Under the pieces are notes generated by a model that worked only from the letters and a program-made list of their open reading frames with translations, searched no databases and was not told where the DNA came from. A stretch of 64,000 bases of DNA from Adineta vaga (lineage: Eukaryota; Animalia; Rotifera): positions 1,054,001-1,118,000 of the forward strand of contig CP075492.1 in the NCBI GenBank assembly GCA_021613535.1, given 5' to 3'. Below are positions 39,878-52,734 of the stretch, piece after piece (the stretch's first letter is position 1; every line of letters begins with the position of its first letter). The position numbers and the translations under genes are program-made.

Positions 39878-40980
39878 ACAAGATTTTATTTTATTATATT
39901 ACCAATCTTATTATGTATTTTTAGTATATATTTATCATTAGATAAACAAACTAAAATCATAACTATTGATAATCCAACACAAAATCAATATGAACAACTT
40001 AAAAATAATTCATTTACTAGTCTACAATGTCCATGTAGTCATATAGCAATTAAATATAATAAATTTATATCTTTTCAACCAAGATATCATCAAATATGTT
40101 CAAGTATATTTGTATCTGATTTGTGGACTGATAATACATATTGGATAGATACTAGTAACACATATTGGGCTAATTTTAGATTTTTATCAAGTTCATTTTT
40201 TAAATTTATATCAATATTATGTGAAGCAGCTGATGAAACAATAATTAATAGTTTAATTCTCTTCAATGATAATGAATATTTAACACCAGAAGTTGTTTCA
40301 TCGGATATTTTTAATAGTGAAATTACTTCATTTATTGAATTATTCAAAACTACAACGCAACGATTATTTCAACTTCGTATAAATTTAATTCGACGAATTA
40401 TATCTGGAAATCAATTTATTAATATGAGAGATACAAATAGTATTTTTGAACGTTTTTATGGTAATTATGGTATAGAATATCATCCAGTTATACGTACATT
40501 AAGGTAATTGTTTATGTGCTACTGATCTTTTATGCACACAACCAATGTTTTTATATACTTCTACTGGACAATATAATCTATTAGGAATAGTTCAAGGTTG
40601 TTTTTTTTATCTATACAGCATTATTATCAACAACCGAATGTTTTTTCAATGAAGATTGTATATAAATACATTGAAATCTTTTATGATTACAACAGAAACA
40701 ATATATAAACGTTTAAAACCATTAAATAAATCTATATCAAGTCAATATCAATCAAATACAACAATGGAAATAATTGTTAATAATTTATTTGTTGAAGATT
40801 GGAATGAAATCTATTCTTATAATCAATATTATTGTTCATATACTATACAAGAAAAGCCAAGTACTATTTATATATTAACAAATTTAATTGCAATATTTGG
40901 AAGTATAACAATTATTATGAAAATTTTAATACCAGTTATTATTAATTTTATTAGACGAAAACCCATACAGACAATAGGTA

Positions 40981-41011
<31 letters not shown>

Positions 41012-42315
41012 TCATTTTCAATTCTATATACTAATTATTTTTAGGAAGACCATTGTCTGATAAAATTCGAGAAATTTTTCCAATGATTAAAATAAAATTA
41101 TTAAATTTAAATTTATTTCAAACTCATTCAACTAATCAACATAGAATTAGAAAACAGTTTTATACAACTAGATTTTATATTCTTATTTTAATCATTATTT
41201 TTCCAATTCTTATATCATATACATTATTAAATCAAAAATCAATAACTGTTAAAATACAATTAAATAGTTTAAATCAATATAATAATTTACGAATGAAATA
41301 TTCAACAACAATTACATGTCCTTGTACTCATATTTCTATAAGTTATAATCGATTTATAGAACTTAATTCATTTTATCATCAAATATGTTCATCTGATTTT
41401 GTCAGTCAACAATAGTTTGAATATTTATATGATGAAAATCAAATTCATAATACAATTTATGCTACAGCTTCAGTTCAATTTCAAATTCTTTCATCATTAT
41501 GTAAACAAGCACAAGAGACTGTTAATACCAGTCTTATACAATTTTATTCAACAAAATTAACTAGTGGTCAATTAATATCTTCGGATTTATTACAAATTCA
41601 AGTTGATACAACTGTTAATTCTTTTAAAAAAGCAATGCCTCAAACATTTAAACAAGCATTAGATATGCTCAACAGTCGCATTCATGGTAATGCATTGATA
41701 ACAGCATATGAAACAAATTGGAAATTCACTTTATTAGGTAATTATTCATATGCACCTCTTTATACAAATCCTCAATCATATGGTAATTCATGTAATTGTG
41801 CTACTTCATCTAAATGCTCACAAAAAGTAATATTGAATGATAATTTGAATTCAACATTGAATGGTTTATTAATTGGTTTTTATTCAACTGAATCATTATT
41901 ACAATCATCATTAGAATGTTTATACAATCAACAATGTTTGGATTTAATAATTAATTTTTTTAGAAAACAAATTTTCGATGAGAATAATTTTGAAATACTT
42001 AATTCATCTTTATTATCAAAAAGTTCCTTTCAAATAAATGAAACAGTTCAAGAAATGGTCGATCGATTATTTGTTAATGAATGGAATATCAGTCATTCTT
42101 ACCAAAATTATTATGAACAATGCCTTCCATCGCATTGTACTTACTCATACATTCAAAATTCTAATGTACTTTATATTGTAACAACTATTGTAGGTTTATA
42201 TGTTGTTATAACGATTGCTTTACGAATTATCTCAAAATTCATCGTTCATATTGTTTTCAGAATTATAAATCGCAAGCAGACAAAGATCGTACCATTTCAT
42301 CCATCCACTGATTAA
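39878..42315 (+). pseudogene. Rotifer-type membrane protein with two TRFY...CPCS...HQICSS...W modules; 5'-truncated and disrupted
   Basis: Repeated CPC.HI.I.YN.FI...YHQICSS motifs at ~40030 and ~41320; in-frame TAG at 41413-41415 and several frameshifts. Confidence 0.7.
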
Positions 42316-42561
42316 AATTAAGACAAATTAATTGATTTTTAAAACAATACTTCTCTTCTGTTTTATTATTACAAAGGAAATATCAATAATAAAACATGCA
42401 GTTAGACCTCTTTAAACGAGATCATTTGTAATTGATAAAATGACAATTCATTAAAAAGTCGAGGAGTTTAAAGTAAATTGAACAAGTGTATAAATAGAGA
42501 TGGACTTGATAAATTAACTATATTTGTTTATGAGTCGCTGTACGAGAGCTACATCGAAGTA

Positions 42562-42662
42562 AGAGTGTAGGCGTTGATGTAAACTAGTGAGTGTGTGAGA
42601 TCTTCTCCTTACATTATTCACACTAACGCCTATTTAAATCTCAAACTCACACCCACATCCTC
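42562..42662. repeat. Decayed telomere-repeat hairpin element
   Basis: gagtgtaggcg...gtgagtgtgtgaga-tcttctcctt...ctcacacccacatcctc. Confidence 0.5.
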
Positions 42663-43150
42663 GGATAATTTGTATCCCTAATTAATATCACTCTCTCCTG
42701 GATGTGGTTGAATTTTCCAAAAGACCCAGTACTTGGTTCTTCTTCAGTAAAGTAAACAGAAGAAGACCGGTCACAAGACCAATATGTTAGCTTCTGTCGA
42801 GCAGACGTGTTTATTTAATCTTCTCGAAAAATATACCACTACACACACTTATATAAAAGAGGAGAAGAGAGAAAAGGTAGAGACCAAAGATGGAGAGAAA
42901 GATACAGAGAGCTGATGCCGTTAACACTGAATCATTTTGTTTTCTCAAACAATCAATAGGTTTTTTCTATACGTGTCAGAAAATATATAATTTATTGAAT
43001 AATATTCTTTGTAATACAGAGGAAAAATAAAAAACATCATTTCTTTTCTACACGTTCCAGATTTCTTGCTCATTCTATAAGTTTGGAGTGATTAGTTGGT
43101 AACGATTGATGTCCAATTTCTATACCACGTTCAAAAAATGAACAGGCTTT

Positions 43151-45718
43151 TTAATAGTTTCTCATAAGTTTATATACCGTATCGATGTTGTTGTAGGATA
43201 CAGCTATATCAGGATGATTTTGAGGGAGTGATTTTTGTCGTATTTCAAGAGCTTTTTCATAATATGACAGTGCTTTCGAATAGTCACCCATGCCGTTGTA
43301 TACCGTACCCATGTTGTTGTAAGATGCAGCTATATCAGGATGATTAGGAAGGAGCGATTGTTTTTGAATTTTAAGACCATTCTCATAATGTGAAAGCGCT
43401 GTTAGATACTCACCCGAGCTGTAACAACAGTTACCGATGTTTATGTAAGATATAGCTAATCTATGATGATTAGGGGGGAGTACTTGTTGTTGAATTTCAA
43501 GAGCTTTTCTATAATATGAAAGCGCTGTTAGATAGTCACCCGAGCTGTAACAACAGTTACCGATGTTTATGTAAGATGCAGCTATATCAGGATGATTAGG
43601 AAGGAGCGATTGTTTTTGAATTTTAAGACCATTCTCATAATGTGAAAGCGCTGTTAGATAGTCACCCGTGCCACGATAACTATTGCCGATGTTTATGTAA
43701 GATATAGCTAAGCTATGATGATTAGGAGGGAGTACTTGTTGTTGAATTTCAATAGCTTTTCGAAGAAATGAAAATGCTTTTGAATAGTTACCCATAGTGT
43801 TGCATACCGTACCAATGTTGTTGTAAGATGTAGCTATATCAGGGTGATTAGGTGGGAGCGATTGTTGTTGAATACTATTGGCTTTTTCAAGAAATAAAAC
43901 TGCATTTGAATGATCACCCGTATTGTTGTATACCATACTGATATTGTTGTAAGATACAGCTAAATCAGGATGATTACGAGGAAGTGATTGTTGTTGACTT
44001 TCAAGGGCTTTTTCAAAATGTGAAAGTGCTGCTGAATAGTCGCCCGTTTTGGAGCACACTAAACCGATGTGGGTGTATAACGCACTCAAAACAGAATCAT
44101 TTGATGAAGGGACCCCTTGTTTAACTGCAAGAGCTTTTTTGTAGAATGAAAATGCTTCTGGGAAATCGCCCATTTGCTCATTTATTGCGCCGATAGCCGT
44201 ATATATCTTAACCAATTCATGAGGATCTGACAACAAAAACGTTTCATAGATGGAAAGTGATGTTTTATACAACCTGATTGCCTCTTCAAATTTTCCTTGA
44301 TAATATTTGATCATACCAAGGTTGCCGTAAATTGTTCCCCTCTCAATTTCTTCAGTTGTCAGACTTAGGAGCATTCGATGAATCTCTTCAGCCTTGTCAG
44401 TTTGACGCAAATCAAGAAGTACTAAACCCAATCTGCACCATCCGTTTTTATTTGGAAAACTTTCTTCTCGTATTTGCTTGGTCAACGTATATAATTCTTC
44501 GTCCGTATCACTAGTAAGTTTCAGATTTACTTCATACAGTCTGTTATTGTCACCTATTGGTTTAATATCTTGAATTCGAAATACACTGTGCATTGTAAAT
44601 AGTACTTCATCTTCTTCTGAAAAATTACTAATACCTTTGATAGAAGCAAATGATGCTGTTGATTCACTTGGATCAATATTTATGACAAAGAGAATTCCTG
44701 TTAAATCTGGATCACCTAGGTTACTTTTGGCAAATAAGTAAGAAACATCGCGATTTGTGCTCGTAGATAAAAAATTATTGAATGACATTAGTCCACCTTT
44801 CGAATTCTTCATTTCATCAGAATCTTTCTTCGACAACCCTTGACCACGATAAACTGTGAAGATTTTATTAGCAGAATGACTACAAAATTGTTCTTTGTGT
44901 AATAGTTCAATTTGTTGATGAAGACCTTTGATGAAAAATCCCATTCGTACAATAATATCTCCATCAATCAATCGTAAAGAACGATTGAGCATCGAGTACA
45001 GGTAACTACTCTTTGTATACCACCATACGACTGATTTCTGATAATATTCATTAACTAATTGTTCAATATTCTGTACTTCTTTTATATTGTCAACAAATGG
45101 TTCAGGACAATAATAAATAAATTTTTTTATATCCTCATCAGTAAAGTTGATGGTCAATAAAATTTCTTTAATAATTTGTGTATACATAAAAGATGGATCG
45201 AGTTGATCCAATTTCTTTTTTGATCCCACAAAACTCATCGATATATCATTGCGCTCACATTGATGAGTTCTTTGTTTAAGAACTGTACAGATTGATGTTA
45301 TATCGGTAAAAATATCTTTGATCTTTGGCCATTCTTTCATCCACGATTCGCCATTTTTCTTAGTGTGACACAGAATAAAAATGGCATTCAATTGAGGAAT
45401 ATCATGTATACAAGATATTAAACTTTGTCCAATTGTTTCAGAAACGATCAAACATACTTTAATATCGTCGTTATCAAGAATAAATTCAATACATTCATCA
45501 TGATCTGTAAATGTATTAACATGATTAATCACATTTTGAAATCGTTTAATTGTGTTTTGATAATATTCATTATTTTGATCAATATCTTCATCTAACCAAA
45601 CTAGCGCGACATTTTGCATCTTATGAAAATCAATACGTTGACATTTATTTGTATTTTCTTTGAAAGTTACAATAGTTTCTTCATCATTTATTTTGGTATC
45701 TTCTTTTCCAGTTGCCAT
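43151..45718 (-). CDS. ADP-ribosyltransferase (R-S-E clade) fused to 42-aa TPR repeats
   Basis: VYRG, FLSTS, EEDEVL motifs; TPR units HPDIAASYNNIGxxYxxxGDYSKALSYYEKALEI; intronless 855 aa. Confidence 0.92.
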   Translation of the reverse strand: MATGKEDTKINDEETIVTFKENTNKCQRIDFHKMQNVALVWLDEDIDQNNEYYQNTIKRFQNVINHVNTFTDHDECIEFILDNDDIKVCLIVSETIGQSLISCIHDIPQLNAIFILCHTKKNGESWMKEWPKIKDIFTDITSICTVLKQRTHQCERNDISMSFVGSKKKLDQLDPSFMYTQIIKEILLTINFTDEDIKKFIYYCPEPFVDNIKEVQNIEQLVNEYYQKSVVWWYTKSSYLYSMLNRSLRLIDGDIIVRMGFFIKGLHQQIELLHKEQFCSHSANKIFTVYRGQGLSKKDSDEMKNSKGGLMSFNNFLSTSTNRDVSYLFAKSNLGDPDLTGILFVINIDPSESTASFASIKGISNFSEEDEVLFTMHSVFRIQDIKPIGDNNRLYEVNLKLTSDTDEELYTLTKQIREESFPNKNGWCRLGLVLLDLRQTDKAEEIHRMLLSLTTEEIERGTIYGNLGMIKYYQGKFEEAIRLYKTSLSIYETFLLSDPHELVKIYTAIGAINEQMGDFPEAFSFYKKALAVKQGVPSSNDSVLSALYTHIGLVCSKTGDYSAALSHFEKALESQQQSLPRNHPDLAVSYNNISMVYNNTGDHSNAVLFLEKANSIQQQSLPPNHPDIATSYNNIGTVCNTMGNYSKAFSFLRKAIEIQQQVLPPNHHSLAISYINIGNSYRGTGDYLTALSHYENGLKIQKQSLLPNHPDIAASYINIGNCCYSSGDYLTALSYYRKALEIQQQVLPPNHHRLAISYINIGNCCYSSGEYLTALSHYENGLKIQKQSLLPNHPDIAASYNNMGTVYNGMGDYSKALSYYEKALEIRQKSLPQNHPDIAVSYNNIDTVYKLMRNY

Positions 45719-45951
45719 TAATTCGTTTGCTTATACTTATTTAAAATGGGAATATTATTTTATAAAAACGTTTGTCGAAGAATACCTACCTTTTATTATC
45801 AACAAAGATAAAATGATGACGTCTGTTCTTGTTTGCTTTACTCCCAATCTCATATCTGTAAAGAGTGACAACTTGGAAAAAACCATCATCTATTCATGAC
45901 AGCCAAATCAAAATCCACGAAACTGGGAGTTTCTTATAGAAAAACTATGAG

Positions 45952-46016
45952 TTAAGGGTGTGGATGAGGGCTGGTGTGAATATAATAAGATAACGCGGAT
46001 ACTCACACCCACACTC
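45952..46016. repeat. Telomere-repeat hairpin element
   Basis: ttaagggtgtggatgagggctggtgtga-atataataagataacgcggatac-tcacacccacactc. Confidence 0.75.
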
Positions 46017-47942
46017 GGCCGCGGTGGCTGGGAAATGCAATAAAAAATTCCAAATTGAAAAGTATCTTTATTTCAATATTCTAGTCATGATCTGTTCAAA
46101 AAAAGTATCGACAACAACTTGTTACATTCTTTCACATTTTATATGTAAGACAAAAATGTAAAAATCGAATTTAGATTGGCAGAAAATTATCAACAGTATG
46201 TTCATAATTACATAGAATAATATTAAAAGACAAGAATAAACAAAAAAAAGCCTAGATTTTGTTCATTAAATCGTAATTGTCATGAATTACTTGAATTTTA
46301 CCAACGCTTTCAGGAGACAAGATTGTCCTTTTGGCATTCATGATTAAACCTGTTGTTTATAATACACTCTCACTAGGACTAGATGTGGCTGGTATTGCAA
46401 GAATTATTTGAGCTAAACATTTCAAATGAGAGTATGTATCATATAAAGACTTCCAAACTTGAAATAAATCATCACAAGTAACATTTAATTTCAAATAATT
46501 TTCGATTTTATTAACAATTGAATCAACAGATGACACTGGGATTAGTAGATGTTTATGAATTACATTTCCTCGAACTTTTTTCAACTTCGATATAGATGTT
46601 TTTAAACATTCTATTGATAAATTACGTTTTAATAATGAATATAATGTTGTTGTTGTTGCTGTATTAGTAGTAGATGGTGATGATGATGATGATGATGATG
46701 TACATGTTGTTAAACAAGATTGTGTTGCCGATGTTTGTAAAGTATGATTAATTTTTAATTTTTTAATCATATCAAATAAGATTGATTCTTTGGATGATCG
46801 ATTTTTAGTCAAATGACGATTAATATCAATTTTTAATTGAGATCGGTCAAGTAAGAAAGCAGAAATATGTAATGGTTCTACTGGAAAACAATTATCCAAA
46901 TTTCTATTCAATAAAACTTTCAGTTCTTTGATAATTACAGATTACGTACTATCAATTGCAATCTTCAATATTTTGTAAAGTTTCATTTTAAATAGGAATA
47001 TTTCATTCTTACCACACATAATAATAAATAAAAATTCATGGTTGAGTAAGATTTTTATGCTGATAAAATAGTTGTTGTTAATTCTAGTAAAGAAAGAAAT
47101 CCAATTAAATCATTTACAATTTGATTTTCATCAACAGTTAATATTATATCAACATACGATGATGCTAAATCGGCATCTAAAACCTCACCAACTTCATTGA
47201 TATCATATAAAAGTTTATTTTTTATTTGATCATTTGTTCGGTGAACCTCTTCCTCAAGTGTCCATATCGAAGTTTATTGTTTATTTGTTCAATTTTATCT
47301 AATAGATCTGGTGCAATCATTAATTGAGGTAAACCATCCTTCATCAACAAATTACGAATACTATGAGTCATATTTTCAATAGCTTCCACGCCTTCTTCAT
47401 ATTTGAACCTTTCTCTGAAACCTATTTTGAAACAAAACGCCTCAGATAATCCGTAAAATTTTTCTACATATTACTCACAATAATAATATTGTTGGGATTC
47501 AAGTTGAATTCATTGACAATAGATAAAAACAATATCTTTAATAGCTTCTCCAGTATGAGATCCATCGAATGTTTGTATTTGTCACACTAATTATCATATG
47601 TAATAGTTGGATATTCAGATGATAACTTTAATTAATCTTTTGTTTTTTCAGCACAAACTTCATATATCTTATTTAAATTAATCAGTGATAAAACTGTTCG
47701 AGATGGAATATCTTCTTTCCAAACAATAACTTTATTGGCAATCCAAAAATCTTAAACATAAATCTGTATGTTCAATAGCAATATATCAATTCGCAAAATT
47801 CATATTACCTTCGTTATCAACAATAGAAAATGCGGAAGAAGATCTCGAACAACACATTAATTTTAGTTGTCGATCAAGTTTTTGTTTTTTTGTGAAGCTT
47901 TTTTTGAATATTTTTCTCGAGAAAACATTGAAAGAATATATG
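46017..47942 (-). mobile_element. Decayed hAT (Ac-like) transposon remnant, 5'-truncated
   Basis: hATC dimerisation motif LAQIILAIPATSSPSESV..TGLIMNAKRTILSPESV; FDGSHTGEAIK; AFLLD; many stops and frameshifts. Confidence 0.8.
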
Positions 47943-47995
47943 ATTTGAGGGTGGGTGTGGATATGAGTGACGAAGGTATACCCACACCCACACCC
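47943..47995. repeat. Telomere-repeat hairpin element
   Basis: atttgagggtgggtgtggatatgagt-gacgaaggtat-acccacacccacaccc. Confidence 0.88.
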
Positions 47996-48170
47996 GGCAG
48001 GAGTATTCTGAAGGGAGTAGCTGCCTAATTCGACTTATAATATAAATGGATTTTCATTACTATATATCTATACATCTATCAACAGATATAGATATAGATA
48101 TACACCTATAGATATGGATATATATACATATATATATACCTCACCCATGTTCAGTTAGGAATATAGGAAT

Positions 48171-48231
48171 AGGGTGGATAAGGGTGTTAGTATTACATCT
48201 GTCCAACACCCACACCCACACCTTCAAGATG
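48171..48231. repeat. Telomere-repeat hairpin element (spacer type A)
   Basis: agggtggataagggtgttagt-attacatctgtccaac-acccacacccacaccttcaagatg. Confidence 0.88.
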
Positions 48232-48642
48232 ATATATAGTCTCTTTTGTTGTTGTGAGAAATAAAGTGAAGAAAGAATGCTTTCATTTTCTTTTTATACC
48301 TCTTTCAGATAAAGCCGTTGATTTATTCCAAAGTCAATAGAAGAAAACGAAGGAAAAATACCATCATTACTCACATTATCTGCAGAATCGTTTCACGTCG
48401 TAAAAAGAAAAAATAAAGAAAAAAAAAGGATTTTTCCATCCTCTTATTCTATTCCTTCGTAATATATCAGTGCACGAGTAACTAATATTGTTCTCGCCTG
48501 TACTGGGAAAGAATGAGGGTGTATAAAACCATAAATTGAGCTAAGGCACGTTTTCATCAGCGATTAAGTCAAATCGTACATGACACGAAAGTGTATCTTC
48601 TCATCTGCGAACATGACTATAATTTATTGATATTTAAAACTA

Positions 48643-48707
48643 TTTGAGCGTGTGGATGTGGGTGAAGAAGAGACCATTTGACTTAGACCCACTTCATCTC
48701 ACACCCT
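48643..48707. repeat. Telomere-repeat hairpin element (diverged, spacer type B inverted)
   Basis: tttgagcgtgtggatgtgggt-gaagaagagaccatttgacttag-acccacttcatctcacaccct. Confidence 0.7.
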
Positions 48708-49006
48708 TCTATATTTAGGACAATAATTGATGAACTATATAATGAAATAGTAATAAATCAATGTATTAATTATTTTCTAAATATTATTAAACTCATTTTA
48801 AAAGATAACTTTTTTGTAAATAATCTTAATCGTATTTTACCTTTGGAACAATTAAACGTGTTAATAATACAATTTTTATTTTAAAAATCTGATTGAATTA
48901 TTATTATTTTTTATATTGTTTGTTTTTAAAGAGAACAAAATAAACAATTCCATTTGATATTTAAAATAAATTCTATTACAAATGTCATTATTAGAGAAAC
49001 GTGTAC

Positions 49007-49121
49007 CATCTTGAAAAGGGAGGGGGGGGTATGAGTACAAATAGATGATTGCCATAAACTCATCCTCACTCACCCACACCCACCCACACCCACACCCACA
49101 CCCACACACACACACACTCAA
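49007..49121. repeat. Telomere-repeat hairpin element with expanded C-rich arm
   Basis: catcttgaaaagggaggggggggt...ctcacccacacccacccacacccacacccacacccacacacacacacactcaa. Confidence 0.88.
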
Positions 49122-50238
49122 ATATTATGAAAAAGCACTTCGAATCTTCATAAAAGTATATCCATCTAATCATCCTGGTTTGGCTATAATTTATAATACT
49201 ATTGGAACGGTTTACGCTGACATGAATATTTGTTCCAAAGCACGCGAATTCTATGCAAAACCACTGGATATTCGAGAAAAAATTCTTCCTCAAAACCATC
49301 CTAGTTGGTGTTCCTCATACAATAATATTGCTTTAATCTATTATCAAACAGGGGATTTTTCTAAAGCAATTCACTATTATGAAAAGGCACTTCATATTTT
49401 TAAAACAAATTCCTTTGCCGCATGCCATGCAAGTTTGGCGATTATATATGGCAACATTGCCTTGTTGTATATTGCGAAAAACGAACACTCAAAAGCACTA
49501 GCATACTGTCAAAAAGCACTTGATATCCAAACCGAAGCAGCCTCGAAGAATCATCCTTATTTAGCTGCTTTTTATAACAATATCGGCATGCTATATTACT
49601 CCTTAAACAATAATTCCAAAGCATGCGAATATTATGAAAAAGCTATTGATATGTTTACGAAAAGTCTCCCTGTAAATCATATTGATTTAGCTGCTCCTTA
49701 CAATAACATTAGTGAAGTTTATAGAACAATGAGAGAATATCCAAAAGCAATACTATATTCGAAGAAAGCGCTTGAAATTTATCTGAAAAACTTACCCGCA
49801 GATCATTCTTATCTAGTTGTTTATCACAATAGAATTGGTTTAATGTACAGAAACATGGAAGAATATCCGGAAGCACTTGAATATGATTTGAAAGGTCTCC
49901 AAATATACCATAAATGTCTTCCCGCAAATCATCCCGATTTAGCCATGTGTTACAATAATATTGGCGTAGTATATAAATATATGAATAACTATTCTAAAGC
50001 ACTTGAATACTATACAAAATCGCTTGAAATCTATGAAAAAATCCTTTCTACAAATGATCCCAATTTGGGAACAAGTTACAATAATATTGGTATGCTTTAT
50101 TTCCAAATCGGTGCCTATCAAGATGCTTCCACATATTTTCAACGTGCTTTACAAATTTGGCAACGTACATTATCTCCTAATCATCCTAATCTTCAAAGTG
50201 TAAAAGATCATATTGCCTTAGTCAAAGAGAAACTGTGA
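49122..50238 (+). pseudogene. 3' part of a 42-aa TPR-repeat gene, 5' end replaced by hairpin element
   Basis: TPR text begins mid-repeat (YYEKALRI) immediately after the element; no TPR coding left of 49007. Confidence 0.8.
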
Positions 50239-50562
50239 CTGATGTTATTTCTCTTTTAAAATATAAGTTTTTAGGTAGAACAGTAGGTAATAGGGCGATC
50301 ATTCTATTCTTGAGAAGAAATCAAAACTTCCTTAACTAAATATATTCTTAAGTAAAGTATTCTCTCGTTATGCGGAGAACGTGTTTGCGCCAACAAAACG
50401 GCGAATTAAAAATGAAAGGAAAAATAATAACGAAAGGTATGAGTTGAACATGACAAACAGAAAAAAACAACAACTTATTACTCATTTATGACGAGACGTA
50501 GCAGACTGAAATGTTAATAGTATGTTATAAGAATTTCAGTTGATGGTATTCTAACAAGTAAG

Positions 50563-51319
50563 ATGACTTCGAGACCTCGACAATTTTTAGATGAAACACC
50601 TGTTCTATCGTTATCGTATCCAGATACATTAGGTGAAGCTGAATGGATAGAGAGCAACACGTTTATTGATCAATGGAGGTATAGTAAATGGGAAGCTGAG
50701 AATTAGTTATCTACTGTCGAACAAAAACTGGAGAAAACTGCTCAAGATATTCTTCTCGAAGGTGAACAATTGGACAATGATGTTTATAAGAATCAAGCAC
50801 AAGAGATTGCTGGTCTTCTCGTATCAATTGCGAAGAATGACTTTGTGAAAATTCAAAAATTCTGCTTGAATTTATATACAAGAGAAACATTTTTATTTAA
50901 ATTACTCAATGAGGTATTAGGAAATCGTGATACGAACAAAGTCGAAACGCTTAGACCATTTTGTTTGATAGTTTTAGCTAATTATCTGATTATCAATATA
51001 TACAGGTGTTGTTTACCGTGGTGTATTACTTACTCCGGAACAAATGAAACGTTATCAACAAGCGCAACATATCTTTCAACAATGAAATGGTTTCATATTA
51101 ACTACAAAGAATCCAGATTTAGCGATGATTTATAGAAATACATTATTTATAATTACGATAGATGGTTCATATATCAGTGGTCTTGATATTTCATCACTTT
51201 CAAACTTTCCAGAAGAAGAAGAAATTCTTAACTGTCTTGGACGAACATTTTCAACAGCTAAAGTCGAATTTAATACAACAGATAACAAATATCGTATTCG
51301 TTTATCAATGTTTTATTGA
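50563..51319 (+). pseudogene. Frameshifted ADP-ribosyltransferase (R-S-E clade)
   Basis: YTRETFLFKLLN, VYRG, LDISSLSNFPEEEEIL motifs in shifting frames. Confidence 0.7.
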
Positions 51320-52734
51320 TAAATTAGCTGCAAAGAAAACTATGCTATCCCATTCTCATTAAGTTGTATACATCGATTATGATAAAATTCTTTTGTTTCG
51401 TACGAGAACAAAAAAAAATAAGAAAAGCATGTTTTTCTTTCTTGGTATAGTATACTTTCATACAGTGTGTATTTATCGATTTGATCATATTTATTGGAAA
51501 TATATTTATACAGAAAAACGCTTCTATTGATATTAACAATGACATGACATTTGAAAATATTTGACATTTTTTTTTATAATAAATTATTTATTTCAATTTA
51601 AACAATTGTGACGTTTATTTTTCGATATTTTTGTCATGGACATTTTTATTTTTTCATCCAATCTTATGAACGAATAACATTTCTTTATTTGATCTATTTA
51701 TGAACTTACATATCTCTTTTGTATTGAACATTTGTTTTTTCATAAAATTTCTGCATACATGGCTCAATCAAGTACAATTACAATTTGTCAAATGAACTGC
51801 GATGGTATTCGAGCTGACATAAAAACAGTTACAGTACTTCTAGCGATAAATAGAAAAGAACAAAATACCGAATAGAACATATTTATTGAGACGTTTCGAT
51901 AACTACTGTTATCTTCGTCAGTCAAGAAATGATGGTTCACATTCCACCTGGAGGGAAAACGCCGGTTCGAAATATTCAATTGTCATTTGCTTAGCAAATT
52001 TATCTTTGAAGTAAAACCGTTTTTTATTACTTTTTCATGTTGGTTTTAATAAAAAAAGAACGAGAATGTGGATGTTGATGGATAAAAATTTGTATGCCTT
52101 GTCTGATCATTATTCACACCCTATCGATTGAACCAAAATCGAATATAGAAGTTGACATTTGGATCTCTAGTAACAATACAAGTAGATGGCTATCGAGTTT
52201 GAAATCATTGAATTCGGAGTATTTTGATTATGTCGTGTAAGGGTGCAGGAGTTGAATAGGCGAATACCCAAACCCACCCTCATGTGGGGTTTCAACATCT
52301 CTTTCCTTTTCTTCGTTCTGTTGCACGATGCGACATACACATTGTTCTCCCAATCGATTATGAAAATCAGTGACAGAACCGAAAAAGTGACTAGTAAATG
52401 ATTGTTTTCTTCCATAGCCGATAAAATATTTAGTTGTAAAAAACCCACTGAATCACGTAAAAAAGGTAATAACCATCTATATTAGTCAAGGAAAAAATAC
52501 CGGGCACCATGTGTATTTTATTGAAGATTCGTTTTTCTTTGATGTTGATGAGTTTAATTTTATTTTGAATGTTCTCATAACATTTTATTGAGTAATTAAA
52601 TATATTGCAATCACAATACAACAAAGACTAATTGAATTTTTTCCTGTGACTTCGGACCAACATATATAAATTGTCGTTTCAAAGAATAATAAAAATATAC
52701 TATGTATCGATTATTTATTTTCTAATTAACTAAA

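Noticed and set aside
46020-46100. Defined hAT TIR/TSD
   Set aside because: The sequence looks terminus-like (repeated aaaagtatc), but no matching opposite end is present to confirm it.
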